Source: an uncultured cyanobacterium (GTDB lineage: Bacteria; Cyanobacteriota; Cyanobacteriia; Cyanobacteriales; Microcystaceae). From it: a stretch of DNA of 56,192 bases. Location: positions 1 through 56,192 of the forward strand of contig CAWEDJ010000010.1 in the NCBI GenBank assembly GCA_963807635.1, read 5' to 3'. The notes beneath the pieces were generated by a model. That model saw nothing but the letters and a program-made list of their open reading frames with translations. It was not told where the DNA came from and searched no databases. Position numbers and translations under genes: made by a program. This document shows, piece after piece, positions 32,326-42,465 of the stretch; position 1 is the first letter of the stretch, and every line of letters starts with the position of its first letter.

Positions 32326-32561
32326 GGTTGGCGAGAGAGGACTAATAATTCTAATTTTATCCTTTGCGATTAACGAATTGCTGATAAATATCAAAAGAAA
32401 AACTAAAGGATGTTAAAGTTCCCCCATTTGACTTTAGATTTTTTTAAGGTTTTAAGGGATTTATCTGGTCTTCATCGTAACAGATGTTACAAACTCTTGA
32501 CATTGGGTTTGTTATGTTATTCTCAGTCAATATCTACACGCTATCGGAGAATGAAAATAAG

Positions 32562-33329
32562 GTGAGTCAGATTTATCTTTCTATTGTCGAGGGGAATCCT
32601 CACCTGCGATCGCTGCTCAGTTGGCATCTTCAACAAGCGGGCTACCTAGTCCAACAGTGTGCCAGCCTCCAACAGGCGAGACAGTCTTTCATGAATCAGC
32701 AACCAACCCTAGCAATTCTTGATTCTGACCTACCCGATGGAGATGGCATTGAACTCTGTCGTTGGCTATATCAACAGCATCAGTCGATGGTCATGATTCT
32801 TTCGGCGCGATCGGGAGAAAAGGATATTGTGCATGGTCTCAAAGCAGGGGCAGATGATTATCTGACGAAACCCTTTGGGATGCAGGAATTTATGGCGCGG
32901 GTGGAAGCTCTGATTAGAAGAGTACGGGCTTCTTCTGCTCCCCTGGTTCTAGATTATGGGGATCTCAAAATTGATTTAGTTCAACGCCGAGTGCAATATC
33001 AAGGTCTTTTTATCGATCTGACTCCCCAGGAATTCAGTTTGCTCTATGTTTTAACCCAAGCTGAAGGAACGGCCCTGAGTCGGACAGAATTATTGCGGCG
33101 AGCCTGGCCCGAGGCGATCGACAATCCCCGCACCATTGACACCCATGTTCTGTCTTTACGGAAAAAAATCGAGATCGATCCTAGACAACCGAGCTTAGTC
33201 CAGACCGTGAGAAATGTGGGATATCGCTTCAATACGGAAGCTCTAGAGGAAAATAAACCCCATTCAGCGATCGCTCCTGCCCCATCGGTAAGTTCTCGTA
33301 ATGGTCATCATTTGTCTAGGGTGAAGTAA
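32562..33329 (+). CDS. OmpR-family response regulator
   Basis: Receiver LD.DLPDGDG, GADDYLTKPF; winged HTH LTPQEF.LL..., RTIDTHV..LRKKIE, TVRNVGYRF. GTG start at 32562 is inferred. Confidence 0.9.
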   Translation: MSQIYLSIVEGNPHLRSLLSWHLQQAGYLVQQCASLQQARQSFMNQQPTLAILDSDLPDGDGIELCRWLYQQHQSMVMILSARSGEKDIVHGLKAGADDYLTKPFGMQEFMARVEALIRRVRASSAPLVLDYGDLKIDLVQRRVQYQGLFIDLTPQEFSLLYVLTQAEGTALSRTELLRRAWPEAIDNPRTIDTHVLSLRKKIEIDPRQPSLVQTVRNVGYRFNTEALEENKPHSAIAPAPSVSSRNGHHLSRVK

Positions 33330-33358
33330 AATTGACTTAATTTTTCTCCCCTTCTTTT

Positions 33359-34547
33359 ATGACTTCTCAATCTTTGAGACCCCAAAACGGCGTGATGCGA
33401 TCGCGTGGCAAGGATTCAACTCTGCCGAATACAACGGAAGAAGAGCAGGATCTATTTGATTATTATTACCATGATCCTGGAAGTGCGCCTGGAACCTTAA
33501 GTATAGAACCTGATGCCTATCCAACAGAAATAGATATTTTTGATTATAATCTTGAGCGTATTAACCATAGCCAGCATCTAAGCACCCAGGAGATTATTCC
33601 GTACTTAGATTCCGAATCTATTTCTTGGATTGATATTCAGGGTTTGGGGAATGAAAAAGTATTAAGAGAAATTGGAGAAATTTTTAAATTACCACCGCTA
33701 ATCCTAGAAGATATTGTCAACGTTCCCCAACGTCCCAAATTAGAATATCATCCCGACTTTTTACTCATTACAACTCAAATGATTATGGTAAAAAGTAAAG
33801 GATTTTGGACAGAACAAGTTAGTTTTATTCTAGGCAAAAATTATCTGCTGACTATTCAAGAAGAACCTCTCCGCGATCCCTTTGACCCCGTTAGAAATAG
33901 ACTCGAAAAAAATATTGGTTTCATTCGTCAATTAGAGGCAGATTATTTATGTTACGCCTTGATTGATGCCATTGTGGATAATTTTTTTCCTGTGTTAGAA
34001 AGCTATGGCGATCGCCTAGAGGAATTGGAAGAAGAAGCGATCGAAAAACCCAATCATCACACTCTAAGTAAAATTTATCAAATACGCCGAGAACTGCTGG
34101 CTTTTCGACGTTTAGTTTGGCCCTAACGGAGAGATTTTTAATAGCCTAATTCGGGACGGTAGCGATCATATTAGTCCAAACGTGATGAATTATTTAAGAG
34201 ATTGCTATGACCATACTATTCAAGTTATTGACGTGATTGAAACCTATCGCGAATTAGCCTCTGGATTAACCGATGTTTATCTCTCAGCAACGGGAAATAA
34301 AATGAATGAAATTATGAAAATTTTAACCGTTATTTCTACAATTTTTATTCCCTTAACTTTTATCGTTGGCGTTTATGGGATGAATTTTAATACAGAAAAA
34401 TCGCCCTTTAATATGCCCGAATTAAATTGGTATTGGGGTTATGTTTTTTGCTGGACAATTATGTTATTGATTACCAGTCTTCAGGTTTATATTTTTTGGA
34501 AAAAAGGTTGGTTTCGTCAAGGTTTATTTCTTAGTCGCGATCGCTAA
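33359..34547 (+). CDS. corA: Magnesium/cobalt transporter CorA; broken at ~34124
   Basis: LEDIVNVPQRPK, EQVSFILG, YALIDAIVD, MNEIMKILT and the YGMNF signature. Confidence 0.92.
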
Positions 34548-34689
34548 GGATTGTATATTAAGTAAAAAATTCTCAAAAAATGGATTCTCTTTTTCAAGAT
34601 TTCCCGATAATTAAAGAATCTTCAATTAATAGTTTTAAGATTATTAAGTCGGCGATCGCGGTTAGGAATTTTAGACGTGGTACGGCGAA

Positions 34690-34911
34690 TCAGTCATTAT
34701 CCTTTTGGTCTTTTTTATTATCATTGTCTCCATCTTCGTCGCTATTTTCATCTTGATTATTTACATCAGAAGAAGGACTTTTCTCTCCATTATCATCATT
34801 AGTGCTAGGAGAAGACAAGGGAGCTTGATCTTGTTTTTTTTCATCAGGAGCGTTGCCACAGCCTACTATGGTAGTTATTAAAAGTAAAAGAACAATGAGT
34901 TTAGATTTCAT
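34690..34911 (-). CDS. Small acidic lipoprotein
   Basis: MKSKLIVLLLLITTIVGC lipobox followed by a D/N/K-rich tail. Confidence 0.65.
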   Translation of the reverse strand: MKSKLIVLLLLITTIVGCGNAPDEKKQDQAPLSSPSTNDDNGEKSPSSDVNNQDENSDEDGDNDNKKDQKDND

Positions 34912-35005
34912 AGTTAGAGATTGCTAATTGACAATAATGATAACATCTTCCATTATCTAATAAAGGTGACCAAATTTCAGGACATTGAACATAAAGTTAC
35001 TGAAT

Positions 35006-35036
35006 CAGCGATCGCCCTTTATCCCTTTAACCTAAA
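35006..35036 (+). repeat. Left 31 bp HIP1-cored direct repeat
   Basis: CAGCGATCGCCCTTTATCCCTTTAACCTAAA; 29/31 identical to 36078-36108. Confidence 0.9.
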
Positions 35037-35063
35037 TCAGTCTATCAAAAAATGATTGTCGAG

Positions 35064-35486
35064 CTATGACAAAAATAAGCGATCAAAAGGTTGCTTGCGA
35101 TAGCGTCGATAAATATTGAAGTCTTTGTCTAGAGTTGCGATCGCCGAGATGTTTAATCTTTCAAAAATAGCAATGAGTGATAAATCGGTAAAATCTGCGG
35201 GCAGATCTTGGTAAGTAGCATTAAGTTCTTGAATTCTTTGATAATCTGATGGAAGCAAATGCTCACATAGAAATGCTCTTTTCGACAAAGCAGATAGAAA
35301 TTCATTTTGAACTTTTGTATTTGGAGCGAGTAACCACATTACTTCTGTAACACAGGCAATTGTTGTGATGAGTTGGCTGGTACAGGTACTAAAAAAACTA
35401 AGAGACTGTTGATGATATTCGTCTTTAAGGTCATAGAAGGCAACAAGAATTCCAGTATCAATTAAAATCTGAGGATAGTTATTCAT
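35064..35486 (-). CDS. vapC: VapC-family PIN-domain toxin
   Basis: ILIDTG.LVA...D.YH, CVTEV, ADFTD.SLIA..ERL and IATLDKDF.IYR. Confidence 0.88.
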   Translation of the reverse strand: MNNYPQILIDTGILVAFYDLKDEYHQQSLSFFSTCTSQLITTIACVTEVMWLLAPNTKVQNEFLSALSKRAFLCEHLLPSDYQRIQELNATYQDLPADFTDLSLIAIFERLNISAIATLDKDFNIYRRYRKQPFDRLFLS

Positions 35487-35745
35487 GATGTCTTGCTTGA
35501 TGTCTTGCTTGGATTTTGTCAGCGATCAATTTTTTGCGTACATCTCTATCTGACAAATTTCCTGTCCCCTCTAGTAAAAATTTGGGATATCCTCCCATTT
35601 TTTCTAAAACTGTTTGAGGTTTGGTTGGATAAGTGTTAATTTCGGTTTCTAGGGAGTAGATAAATTGCAGGACAATTGGGATTTGTTGATCACTGAGGTT
35701 GCTGATCGCTTGTAGGAGTTGTTGCTGTGGGCTAGTAGAGTACAT
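35479..35745 (-). CDS. Putative antitoxin cognate to VapC
   Basis: 88 aa, upstream of and overlapping vapC by 8 nt; TVLEKMGGYPK.LLEG.GNLSDRDVR. Confidence 0.7.
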   Translation of the reverse strand: MYSTSPQQQLLQAISNLSDQQIPIVLQFIYSLETEINTYPTKPQTVLEKMGGYPKFLLEGTGNLSDRDVRKKLIADKIQARHQARHHE

Positions 35746-35818
35746 TGTGGTTAAGTGAGTGTTTTGATAATTGCCAGTTTAGCAAATAAAAATAGACATA
35801 AGATCGCCCTTCACTCCC

Positions 35819-35986
35819 CTGAGTGGGAATGCGATTTATAATACTGTGAAAAATTCGTCTGAGTCGGCGGGTATTACTAAGTTTATGAGTCCTCACCGAA
35901 TCCGACACAGTGCGATTACGGCAGGTCTGGCGTATTATAACGAGTGTTTTGTGGCTCTCTGGACTCTAAAGTGCTTCCTGCTGTAA
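35819..35986 (+). pseudogene. Tyrosine recombinase/integrase internal fragment (box II), not in ORF track
   Basis: LSGNAIYNTVKNSSESAGITKFMSPHRIRHSAITAGL: an H-x-x-R-H motif in the cyanobacterial XerC/D-like context. No N-terminus, and similarity is lost after ~35929. Confidence 0.8.
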
Positions 35987-36077
35987 TTTTAGGATTCGCT
36001 CGGAAGTCTGGGCGATCGCTATCTAAGCCCTTAAAATACTCTAAATAAACTAAATGGGGTCGTGAGAGTAAAATAAA

Positions 36078-36108
36078 CAGCGATCGCCCTTTACCCCTTC
36101 AACCTAAA
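36078..36108 (+). repeat. Right 31 bp HIP1-cored direct repeat
   Basis: CAGCGATCGCCCTTTACCCCTTCAACCTAAA; two T/C differences from 35006-35036. Confidence 0.9.
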
Positions 36109-36199
36109 AATGCGATCACCGATTCAAGAGTTTGAGACTTTTGCAGAATAGTCTCTGGTATTGTATTAAAAGATATGTCCGTCAATCAGGGGAATTTTC

Positions 36200-37722
36200 G
36201 TGCGTTTATTTCAGCACGATCGCTGGATTACGAATTTATTTAAGTCAACAAAGACCGCAAAAGCAAGTGGGTTTGGTTCCGACGATGGGAGCCTTACATC
36301 AGGGACATCGGAGTTTAATAGAACAGGCTAGACGAGAAAATGAGTTAGTCGTCGTCAGTATTTTTGTAAATCCTTTGCAATTTGGGCCAACGGAAGATTT
36401 AGCGAAATATCCCCGTTTTTTAGAACAAGATTGTCAGATTTGTGAAGATATAGGCGTAGATGTGGTTTTTGCACCTTCCCCCGAAGTATTGGGAATTGAT
36501 AGTAGCGATCAAACTCAAGCAATGGTGATTCCCCCTGAAAGCTTAACCCGTAATTTGTGCGCGATCTTCCGCCCTGGCCATTTTGCGGGAGTGGCAACGA
36601 TTGTGAGCAAACTTTTCAATATTATTCAACCTGAAATTGCCTATTTTGGAGAAAAAGATGCCCAACAATTGACGATTATTCGGCGTTTAGTTGCAGATTT
36701 AAACTTTCCCGTAGAAATTAAAGGTTGCTCAACCCAACGAGAGGAATCGGGTTTAGCCTTGAGTTCCCGCAATCAGTATCTCAGTGAATCAGAAAAATCC
36801 TCTGCTTTGGCTTTATTTGGGAGTTTACAGTTAGCTCAAAAAGCCTTTGTCCAAGGAACGAAAACTCGTCAGCCTCTGTTAAATTTAGTTCAACAACATT
36901 TGGATCTTACAGATGAAATAAAAGTTCAATACATTGATTTGGTTGACCCTCAGACCCTTAGCCCTCTAGAAGAAGTCACAGAATCAGGATTGCTCGCGAT
37001 CGCGGTCTATGTGGGTTCAACGCGGTTAATTGACAATATTTTACTGAAAAATCGTCAACCGATTATTGCGATCAATGGCCCGGCAGGAGCAGGAAAATCG
37101 ACGGTGACTCGTTTGGTGGCCGAAGGAATTAAACTTGCTTTATTTGGATACAGGAGCCATGTATCGGGCTTTGGCGTGGTTAGTGCGTCAATCGGGTTTA
37201 GCCTTGACAGATGAGGCGGGCATTGCGGAATTAGTCAGTCAGGCGAGTTTAGAATTAATTCCCCAACCCTATCCCCAAGCTACCATGGTGAAAATTAATG
37301 GGGAAGATGTGACCGAGGCGATTCGGACTCCTGAAGTGACTTCTTTGGTTTCGGCGATCGCGGCTCAAAAAACGGTTCGTGAGGTGTTATTGCAAACCCA
37401 GCAGTCCTACGGCAAAAAAGGCGGATTAGTGGCAGAAGGGCGAGATATTGGCACCAAGGTTTTTCCCGATGCTGAAGTAAAGATTTTTCTCACGGCGACC
37501 GTAGGGGAACGGGCCAAACGACGGTTAGCGGATTTTCAAGCCCAGGGCAAAACCGATATTCGTTTAGAAAATTTGGAACGGGAAATTGCTCAACGGGATC
37601 AACAGGATAGTACCCGTGCGATCGCGCCTCTGATCAAAGCGGCTGATGCGATTGAAATTCAAACCGATGGTTTAAGTATTCCAGAGGTTACTAATAAAAT
37701 CGTTCAACTTTATTTGGGGTAA
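36200..37722 (+). CDS. panC/cmk: Bifunctional pantoate--beta-alanine ligase / cytidylate kinase; indels ~36212 and ~37125
   Basis: VPTMGALHQGH, FVNPLQFG, RPGHF.GV, GEKDAQQ and LSSRN; then GPAGAGKST, YLDTGAMYRA and EGRDIGT.VFPDA. Confidence 0.93.
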
Positions 37723-37797
37723 ATTTATCAAGTCTGCGATCGCGCTCAAAATTGAGATAATGATCTAAGATAAATAGGTATTGATGGAGTCTATGGA

Positions 37798-37974
37798 ATG
37801 CCAACGGATATTCAATTGAGGGGTGTGTATCGTCTTTCGTATTATTTAACCTACATTATGTACCAACCGATACATCTATTCTGTATAGATGATCGTACCC
37901 AAAATCTATATATTTTGGCAGGAATTACGGAAAATCTTGAGTTTCAAATTACACCAAAAGGAAAAGTATTCTAA
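37798..37974 (+). CDS. DUF6888-family small protein (58 aa, not in ORF track)
   Basis: MPTDIQLRGVYRLSYYLTYIMYQPIHLFCIDDRTQNLYILAGITENLEFQITPKGKVF*; its stop overlaps the next ATG (TAATG). Confidence 0.75.
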   Translation: MPTDIQLRGVYRLSYYLTYIMYQPIHLFCIDDRTQNLYILAGITENLEFQITPKGKVF

Positions 37975-39029
37975 TGGAAACAATCAACTATTTGGCCATG
38001 TCCGATGAAGAGTTGAAATCTTACTTTCTTCAGCATCGTGAAGATAAACTGGCTCTAGAAAATTATCTTGATCGAGTTGGTGATCGTCCTCATCAGGTCA
38101 TTACAACCGTTGATGATCCTGAATTTGATGCAAAAATTCATGCAGTCACCAAACAAAAAATACTTAACAACAATAATGGTAAATCTTCAATAGAGAACAT
38201 TTATCAACAATTTCAAAAGAAGGTATCAGATCTTTTAACTGCTGATTATATTTTAGGTATAACTAATCTAAAGAGACTTATTAAGTTTATCGAGATAACT
38301 CCTATAATTGATGGTTTTATCCAACAGCAATTATTATCCTATCCAATAAAGATAAAAGATGATTCGACAGAGTTAAAAAAGTTATTTAATTCTATTGTTG
38401 ATGAAGGAATAGATGGAAAGGAAATTTCCTTCTTTTATTCGTTCCTAGAAACTGCTTTGAGAACTAATGAAGCTGATAAAAGTTTTGATTATTGGCAGCT
38501 AGCTAGTATGTTAATAGATCGTAGAATGATTGACAGTCCTCAACTTCAAGTTGCTGTTGGTAAGTTTAATAAAGATCTCCTGCAACCTTATTTCATTAAT
38601 CATATTGACTCTTACCTCAAATCTATTATTATGGAAGATCAAAAAAAACAAGTAAACGCTGGTCGCACTATCTATTACTATGAGCAATCTGGACAATTTG
38701 GAATTGGTCACATGAGCGATAGTGAAATTAAAGATCAAGCAAAAGTAGCTGGTGTTATTAATGAAGCAGAGAAAAGAAATTTAGCTGAAGTTGCTAAAGA
38801 AATACAACAACTTTTAGATCAATTATCTGAGACATACCCAACTACAACCACTTCAGAGAAATATGAAATTGTCTCCAAAGCTATTAGCACAATTGAAAGT
38901 AACTCATCACTAAAAACAAAAGTAATTCATGTGTTAAAAGCAGTTGGATCTGAATCTCTTAAGCAAGCAGTAAACCATCCGTTAATTAATATTGTAATGG
39001 CAGGTATTGAGGCATTAGACGAAAATTAA
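37974..39029 (+). CDS. DUF6887 N-terminal domain fused to an unknown domain and a cyanobacterial C-terminal helical module
   Basis: NYLAMSDEELKSYFLQHRED..A...YLDR at the N-terminus; NLAE.AKEIQQLL.QLS.TYPTTT near the C-terminus; AT-rich. Confidence 0.65.
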   Translation: METINYLAMSDEELKSYFLQHREDKLALENYLDRVGDRPHQVITTVDDPEFDAKIHAVTKQKILNNNNGKSSIENIYQQFQKKVSDLLTADYILGITNLKRLIKFIEITPIIDGFIQQQLLSYPIKIKDDSTELKKLFNSIVDEGIDGKEISFFYSFLETALRTNEADKSFDYWQLASMLIDRRMIDSPQLQVAVGKFNKDLLQPYFINHIDSYLKSIIMEDQKKQVNAGRTIYYYEQSGQFGIGHMSDSEIKDQAKVAGVINEAEKRNLAEVAKEIQQLLDQLSETYPTTTTSEKYEIVSKAISTIESNSSLKTKVIHVLKAVGSESLKQAVNHPLINIVMAGIEALDEN

Positions 39030-39071
39030 ATAAAAAATCTGAAGTTTTCAATTATGTTAAGAGATCCAAGT

Positions 39072-39960
39072 TTAATGATATTTAGCTAACCAATCCAAGA
39101 TAAAGGCGTTAACCATTTCGGGTTTTTCATCGTGGGGACAATGGCCGCCTGGGAAATGGGATAAAATTCTGTTTTCTCATCACTCTTGGCTCTTTCTTGA
39201 TAAAGCGTTGAACCCGCGATCGGTGTCCAAGGATCATTTTCTCCCCACAATACCAAGAGAGGTTGCTGGATTTTCGGTAATAAACTGGCGGGATGGGGCC
39301 GGCAGGGGCTGTGAGAACCGAGGCAAAAACTTTTTGTGCGCCAGGGTCAGCCGACGGTTGATAGAGCATTTCCACTAATTCATCCGTTACCGCTTCGCGA
39401 TCGCAGTAAACCTGATAAAGTGTTTGACGAATACGGGATTTTTGGCGGATGCGATTAAAAATGAATTCACCCACCAAAGGCGAACTAACGAGTTTTGTAA
39501 AGCCTCCCATCACCAAACGCAAGGGCAAATTCAGTTCATCAGGACGGTGATTCAATCCTCCCGCACAATTGAGCAAAATTCCGCCCGCGCTCAGGTCAGG
39601 ATGATCCGCCAACATCATCAAACTAATCAGTCCCCCGATGGAATTACCGACAAAAATCGTGGGTTCATTGATATGAGCTTGCCAAAAAGCCACTAATTGT
39701 TCTTGCCAAAGTTCTAGGGTGTAATCCAAAGGAGGTTTATCCGAGCCGCCAAAGCCCAACAAATCGATCGCAAACACCCGATAGCCTTTGTCTGCCAATA
39801 CAGGAATATTTTTCTGCCAATGACCAATGGAAGCCCCAAAGCCATGAATCAGGAGGACAGGTTTTCCTTGACCCTGAACCGTATAGCGGATGGTGTGATC
39901 TTGCCAAGTCCAGCTAAGATTTTCTAAATCAACGGGGCGACTGAGGGATTGAGTTGTCAT
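39072..39960 (-). CDS. Alpha/beta fold hydrolase; C-terminal indels
   Basis: LIHGFGAS.GHW.KN, DLLGFG.SDK, nucleophile GNSIGG; alternative frames give WGENDPW and HCPHDEKPE ending at 39072. Confidence 0.88.
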
Positions 39961-40223
39961 AAGCGATTTGGATTGAGTAAGATCGATTGGGTATGGATTT
40001 ATTAAGATTTAAAAAAAAAGCAATGACCTACATTGTCGCGTCAACTTCCAACGAAAGCAAGTCGGGATTCCCCCATTCCTTAACAAAAGCTTAAAATTGT
40101 CTATATTTTTGTATTTTGTTCAACTTATAACCGATAATTATCAATAGGCAAATATTTGACATTTAGAATCCATCAGGGTTCAAGTCTAGTTCGTTTAATA
40201 GGGTTTACACAATCGGAGATTTT

Positions 40224-40458
40224 ATGTTCAATACAGGTCTAGCAACGTTGTCTCGCTACTCTATCGAAACACTGAAGGAAGCGGCTTCTCAATTAGTCAA
40301 ACAAGGTCGATTAGATCGTCAGCAGCCTATTTATACCCTTTGTCAATACATTCCAGCAAGAATTGGCCGCTATTGAACGGGAATTGGAGAGGAGTGAGTT
40401 TTTATTAAGAGACCGTCTGATTGATCTGTTCCGCCAGGAAGTTTGGGAAGATGCTTAA
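40224..40458 (+). CDS. DUF4327-family protein; indel ~40362 (not in ORF track)
   Basis: YSIETLKEAASQLVKQGRLDRQQPIYTLCQYIPA / ..IERELERSEFLLRDRLIDL...E.WED. Confidence 0.8.
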
Positions 40459-40584
40459 ATTTTAAAATTCACGATCTTTTTGAGTCTAAAAATTGAGAGA
40501 TAAATTTGCATTAAGTTAATCATTAAACTTTTCAAATTAGATCAATTTTTTACAAACATAATTTTTTAAAATCAACTTTTTAAG

Positions 40585-41314
40585 ATGCAAATTAATACAA
40601 AATGGGTTCAAGTTCAAAACGGAGATCTAGCCATTGATGCCCATGTTTGCGACTGCAACAGGATCGGGGATTTGGCCCTCGGTAATTGTGATCCAAGAAA
40701 TTTTTGGGGTGAATGAACATATTCGGGATGTTACCGATCGCATTGCTCAGGAAGGTTACATTGCGATCGCCCCTGCTATTTATCAACGACAGGCTCCTGG
40801 TTTTGAGATTGGCTATACATCGGAAGGCATTAGTGAAGGGAGAAAGTATAAAGATCAGACGAAAACGAGTGAATTATTAAGTGATATTCAGGCAACCATT
40901 GATTATCTCTATACTCTGTCAACAGTAGAAAAAACAGGCGTGAGAACCATTGGGTTTTGTTTTGGGGGATTAGTGGTTTATTTAGCGGCAACTTTGCCAG
41001 AAATTAAAGCAACGGCTTCGTTCTATGGGGCAGGAATCGTTACAGGTTCCCCAGGCGGCAGTCAACCCACCCTGAACTGGACATCAGAGATCAAGGGAAA
41101 AATCTATGCCTTTTTCGGCTTGGAAGATGACAGCATTCCTGTTGAGCAAATTGACAAAATTGAGGAAACCCTCACCCAATACCAGATTCCCCATCAAATC
41201 TTTCGTTACCAGGGAGCCGAACACGGTTTTTTCTGCGATCGCCGAGCCAGCTATCAACCCGAAGCTGCCCAGGATGCTTGGCAAAGAGTTTTAGAATTAT
41301 TTAGTCAACCGTAA
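40585..41314 (+). CDS. Dienelactone hydrolase family protein; indel near the 5' end
   Basis: VIQEIFGVNEHIR, GFCFGG, and A.HGFFCD.R.SY; MQINTKWVQV start in another frame at 40585. Confidence 0.9.
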
Positions 41315-41316
41315 AA

Positions 41317-41461
41317 ATGACGACTCGTTATTCCAAATCTAATCTACCGAGTAAAATTTGTCCTGTTTGTCAGCGTCCCTTTGAATGGCGCAAAAAATGG
41401 GCAAAATGCTGAAAATAAGGTGAAATATTGCTCTGAACGTTGTCGTCGCGATCGCGCTTAA
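41317..41461 (+). CDS. DUF2256 small Cys-rich protein; disrupted at ~41410 (not in ORF track)
   Basis: KSNLPSKICPVCQRPFEWRKKWAKC* / KVKYCSERCRR. Confidence 0.8.
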
Positions 41462-41477
41462 TTTTTCCACTTGAATT

Positions 41478-42098
41478 TTACTGCAAATTTTCTAATGCCC
41501 AAAGAATACGAGTTTTGACAATAAATTCTGTTTCTATTGCACTTAGTTCCGTTAATTTGTCCATCACTTCTGCTCGTAACGTTTCCTGATTTATCGCAAA
41601 AGATTGTAAGCCTGCGATCGCGGCATAACGGACGACCCACTCGGTATCGAGAGCAACAGAAGCTAAAGTACTAAAGGTTTTTTCTAGATCAGGAAAAATG
41701 TCAGTTTCGAGGGAATTTTGCCATTTTAGATTCCCTAATCCCTTCACTGCCCCCCGACGCACACTAAAGGAGAAATCACTGGTTGCCGCATCAATTAACA
41801 CTTCTAAAGCACGGGGATCGCCGATGCCAGCTAAAACACGAGTCGCCCAAGCCCTAGCTCCATAGTTATAACCATCAATATTTTCTAAAAGATAGGGAAC
41901 CGTCACTTCTCCTAAACTAATCAATCCATCTACTGCCGCGATCGCTGCGCCTGGGTTGTTATAGCGTAAGACCGTTGTTAGAGTCGGAATCGCTTCTTCA
42001 TGTTTAAGTTGAGCTAAAGCCCTCACGGCTTTGACCAATTTTTCAGCAGAGTCCGCTTCGTCAACCGCTTGAATTAAAGATTGAACTGTCTGTTCCAT
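41478..42098 (-). CDS. cpcF: Phycocyanin alpha phycocyanobilin lyase subunit CpcF (HEAT repeats)
   Basis: L.YNNPGAA.AAVDGL, DGYNYGARAWA.R.LAGIGDPR and EWVVRYAA..GL. Confidence 0.88.
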   Translation of the reverse strand: MEQTVQSLIQAVDEADSAEKLVKAVRALAQLKHEEAIPTLTTVLRYNNPGAAIAAVDGLISLGEVTVPYLLENIDGYNYGARAWATRVLAGIGDPRALEVLIDAATSDFSFSVRRGAVKGLGNLKWQNSLETDIFPDLEKTFSTLASVALDTEWVVRYAAIAGLQSFAINQETLRAEVMDKLTELSAIETEFIVKTRILWALENLQ

Positions 42099-42430
42099 TA
42101 TTGATTGCTTTCAAAACCTCCAATTTCGCTACAAACTTCATAAAAATCGGTGACGGGAGGTTTCACAAATAGCGGCCCCATTTCTTCTAAAAACTTTCGA
42201 TAGGCTTCATTTTGATTCGCTTCCATATCTTCAATATTTTCCCAGATAATAATCGCAATTCCTTCGTCGGAATTTGGTTTTTGCAATAAATATGCTCCCT
42301 TAAAACCTTCTTTATAGGTAGAAACTGCTTTTTCGTAAAGTCGTTGAGCTTCGGCAAAGCGACCAGGTTGAAATTCTCCGATCGCGACATAGGCGTATTT
42401 GTGGTGTAAAAAGTCCAAAAATTCTGGCAT
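42098..42430 (-). CDS. Antibiotic biosynthesis monooxygenase (ABM)-like protein
   Basis: AIGEF.PGRF.EA..LYE.AV..Y..GFKGAYLL...GIAII.W; translationally coupled to cpcF. Confidence 0.7.
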   Translation of the reverse strand: MPEFLDFLHHKYAYVAIGEFQPGRFAEAQRLYEKAVSTYKEGFKGAYLLQKPNSDEGIAIIIWENIEDMEANQNEAYRKFLEEMGPLFVKPPVTDFYEVCSEIGGFESNQ

Positions 42431-42465
42431 AGTTTTTCTCTCTTTAAGTTATTAATGACTATGAT

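Noticed and set aside
23961..37743. Recurring 13-mer AGTCTGCGATCGC at 23961, 29017 and 37731
   Set aside because: Only 5 bp beyond HIP1, one copy is inside rbp3 coding sequence, and the copies do not bracket a coherent unit.
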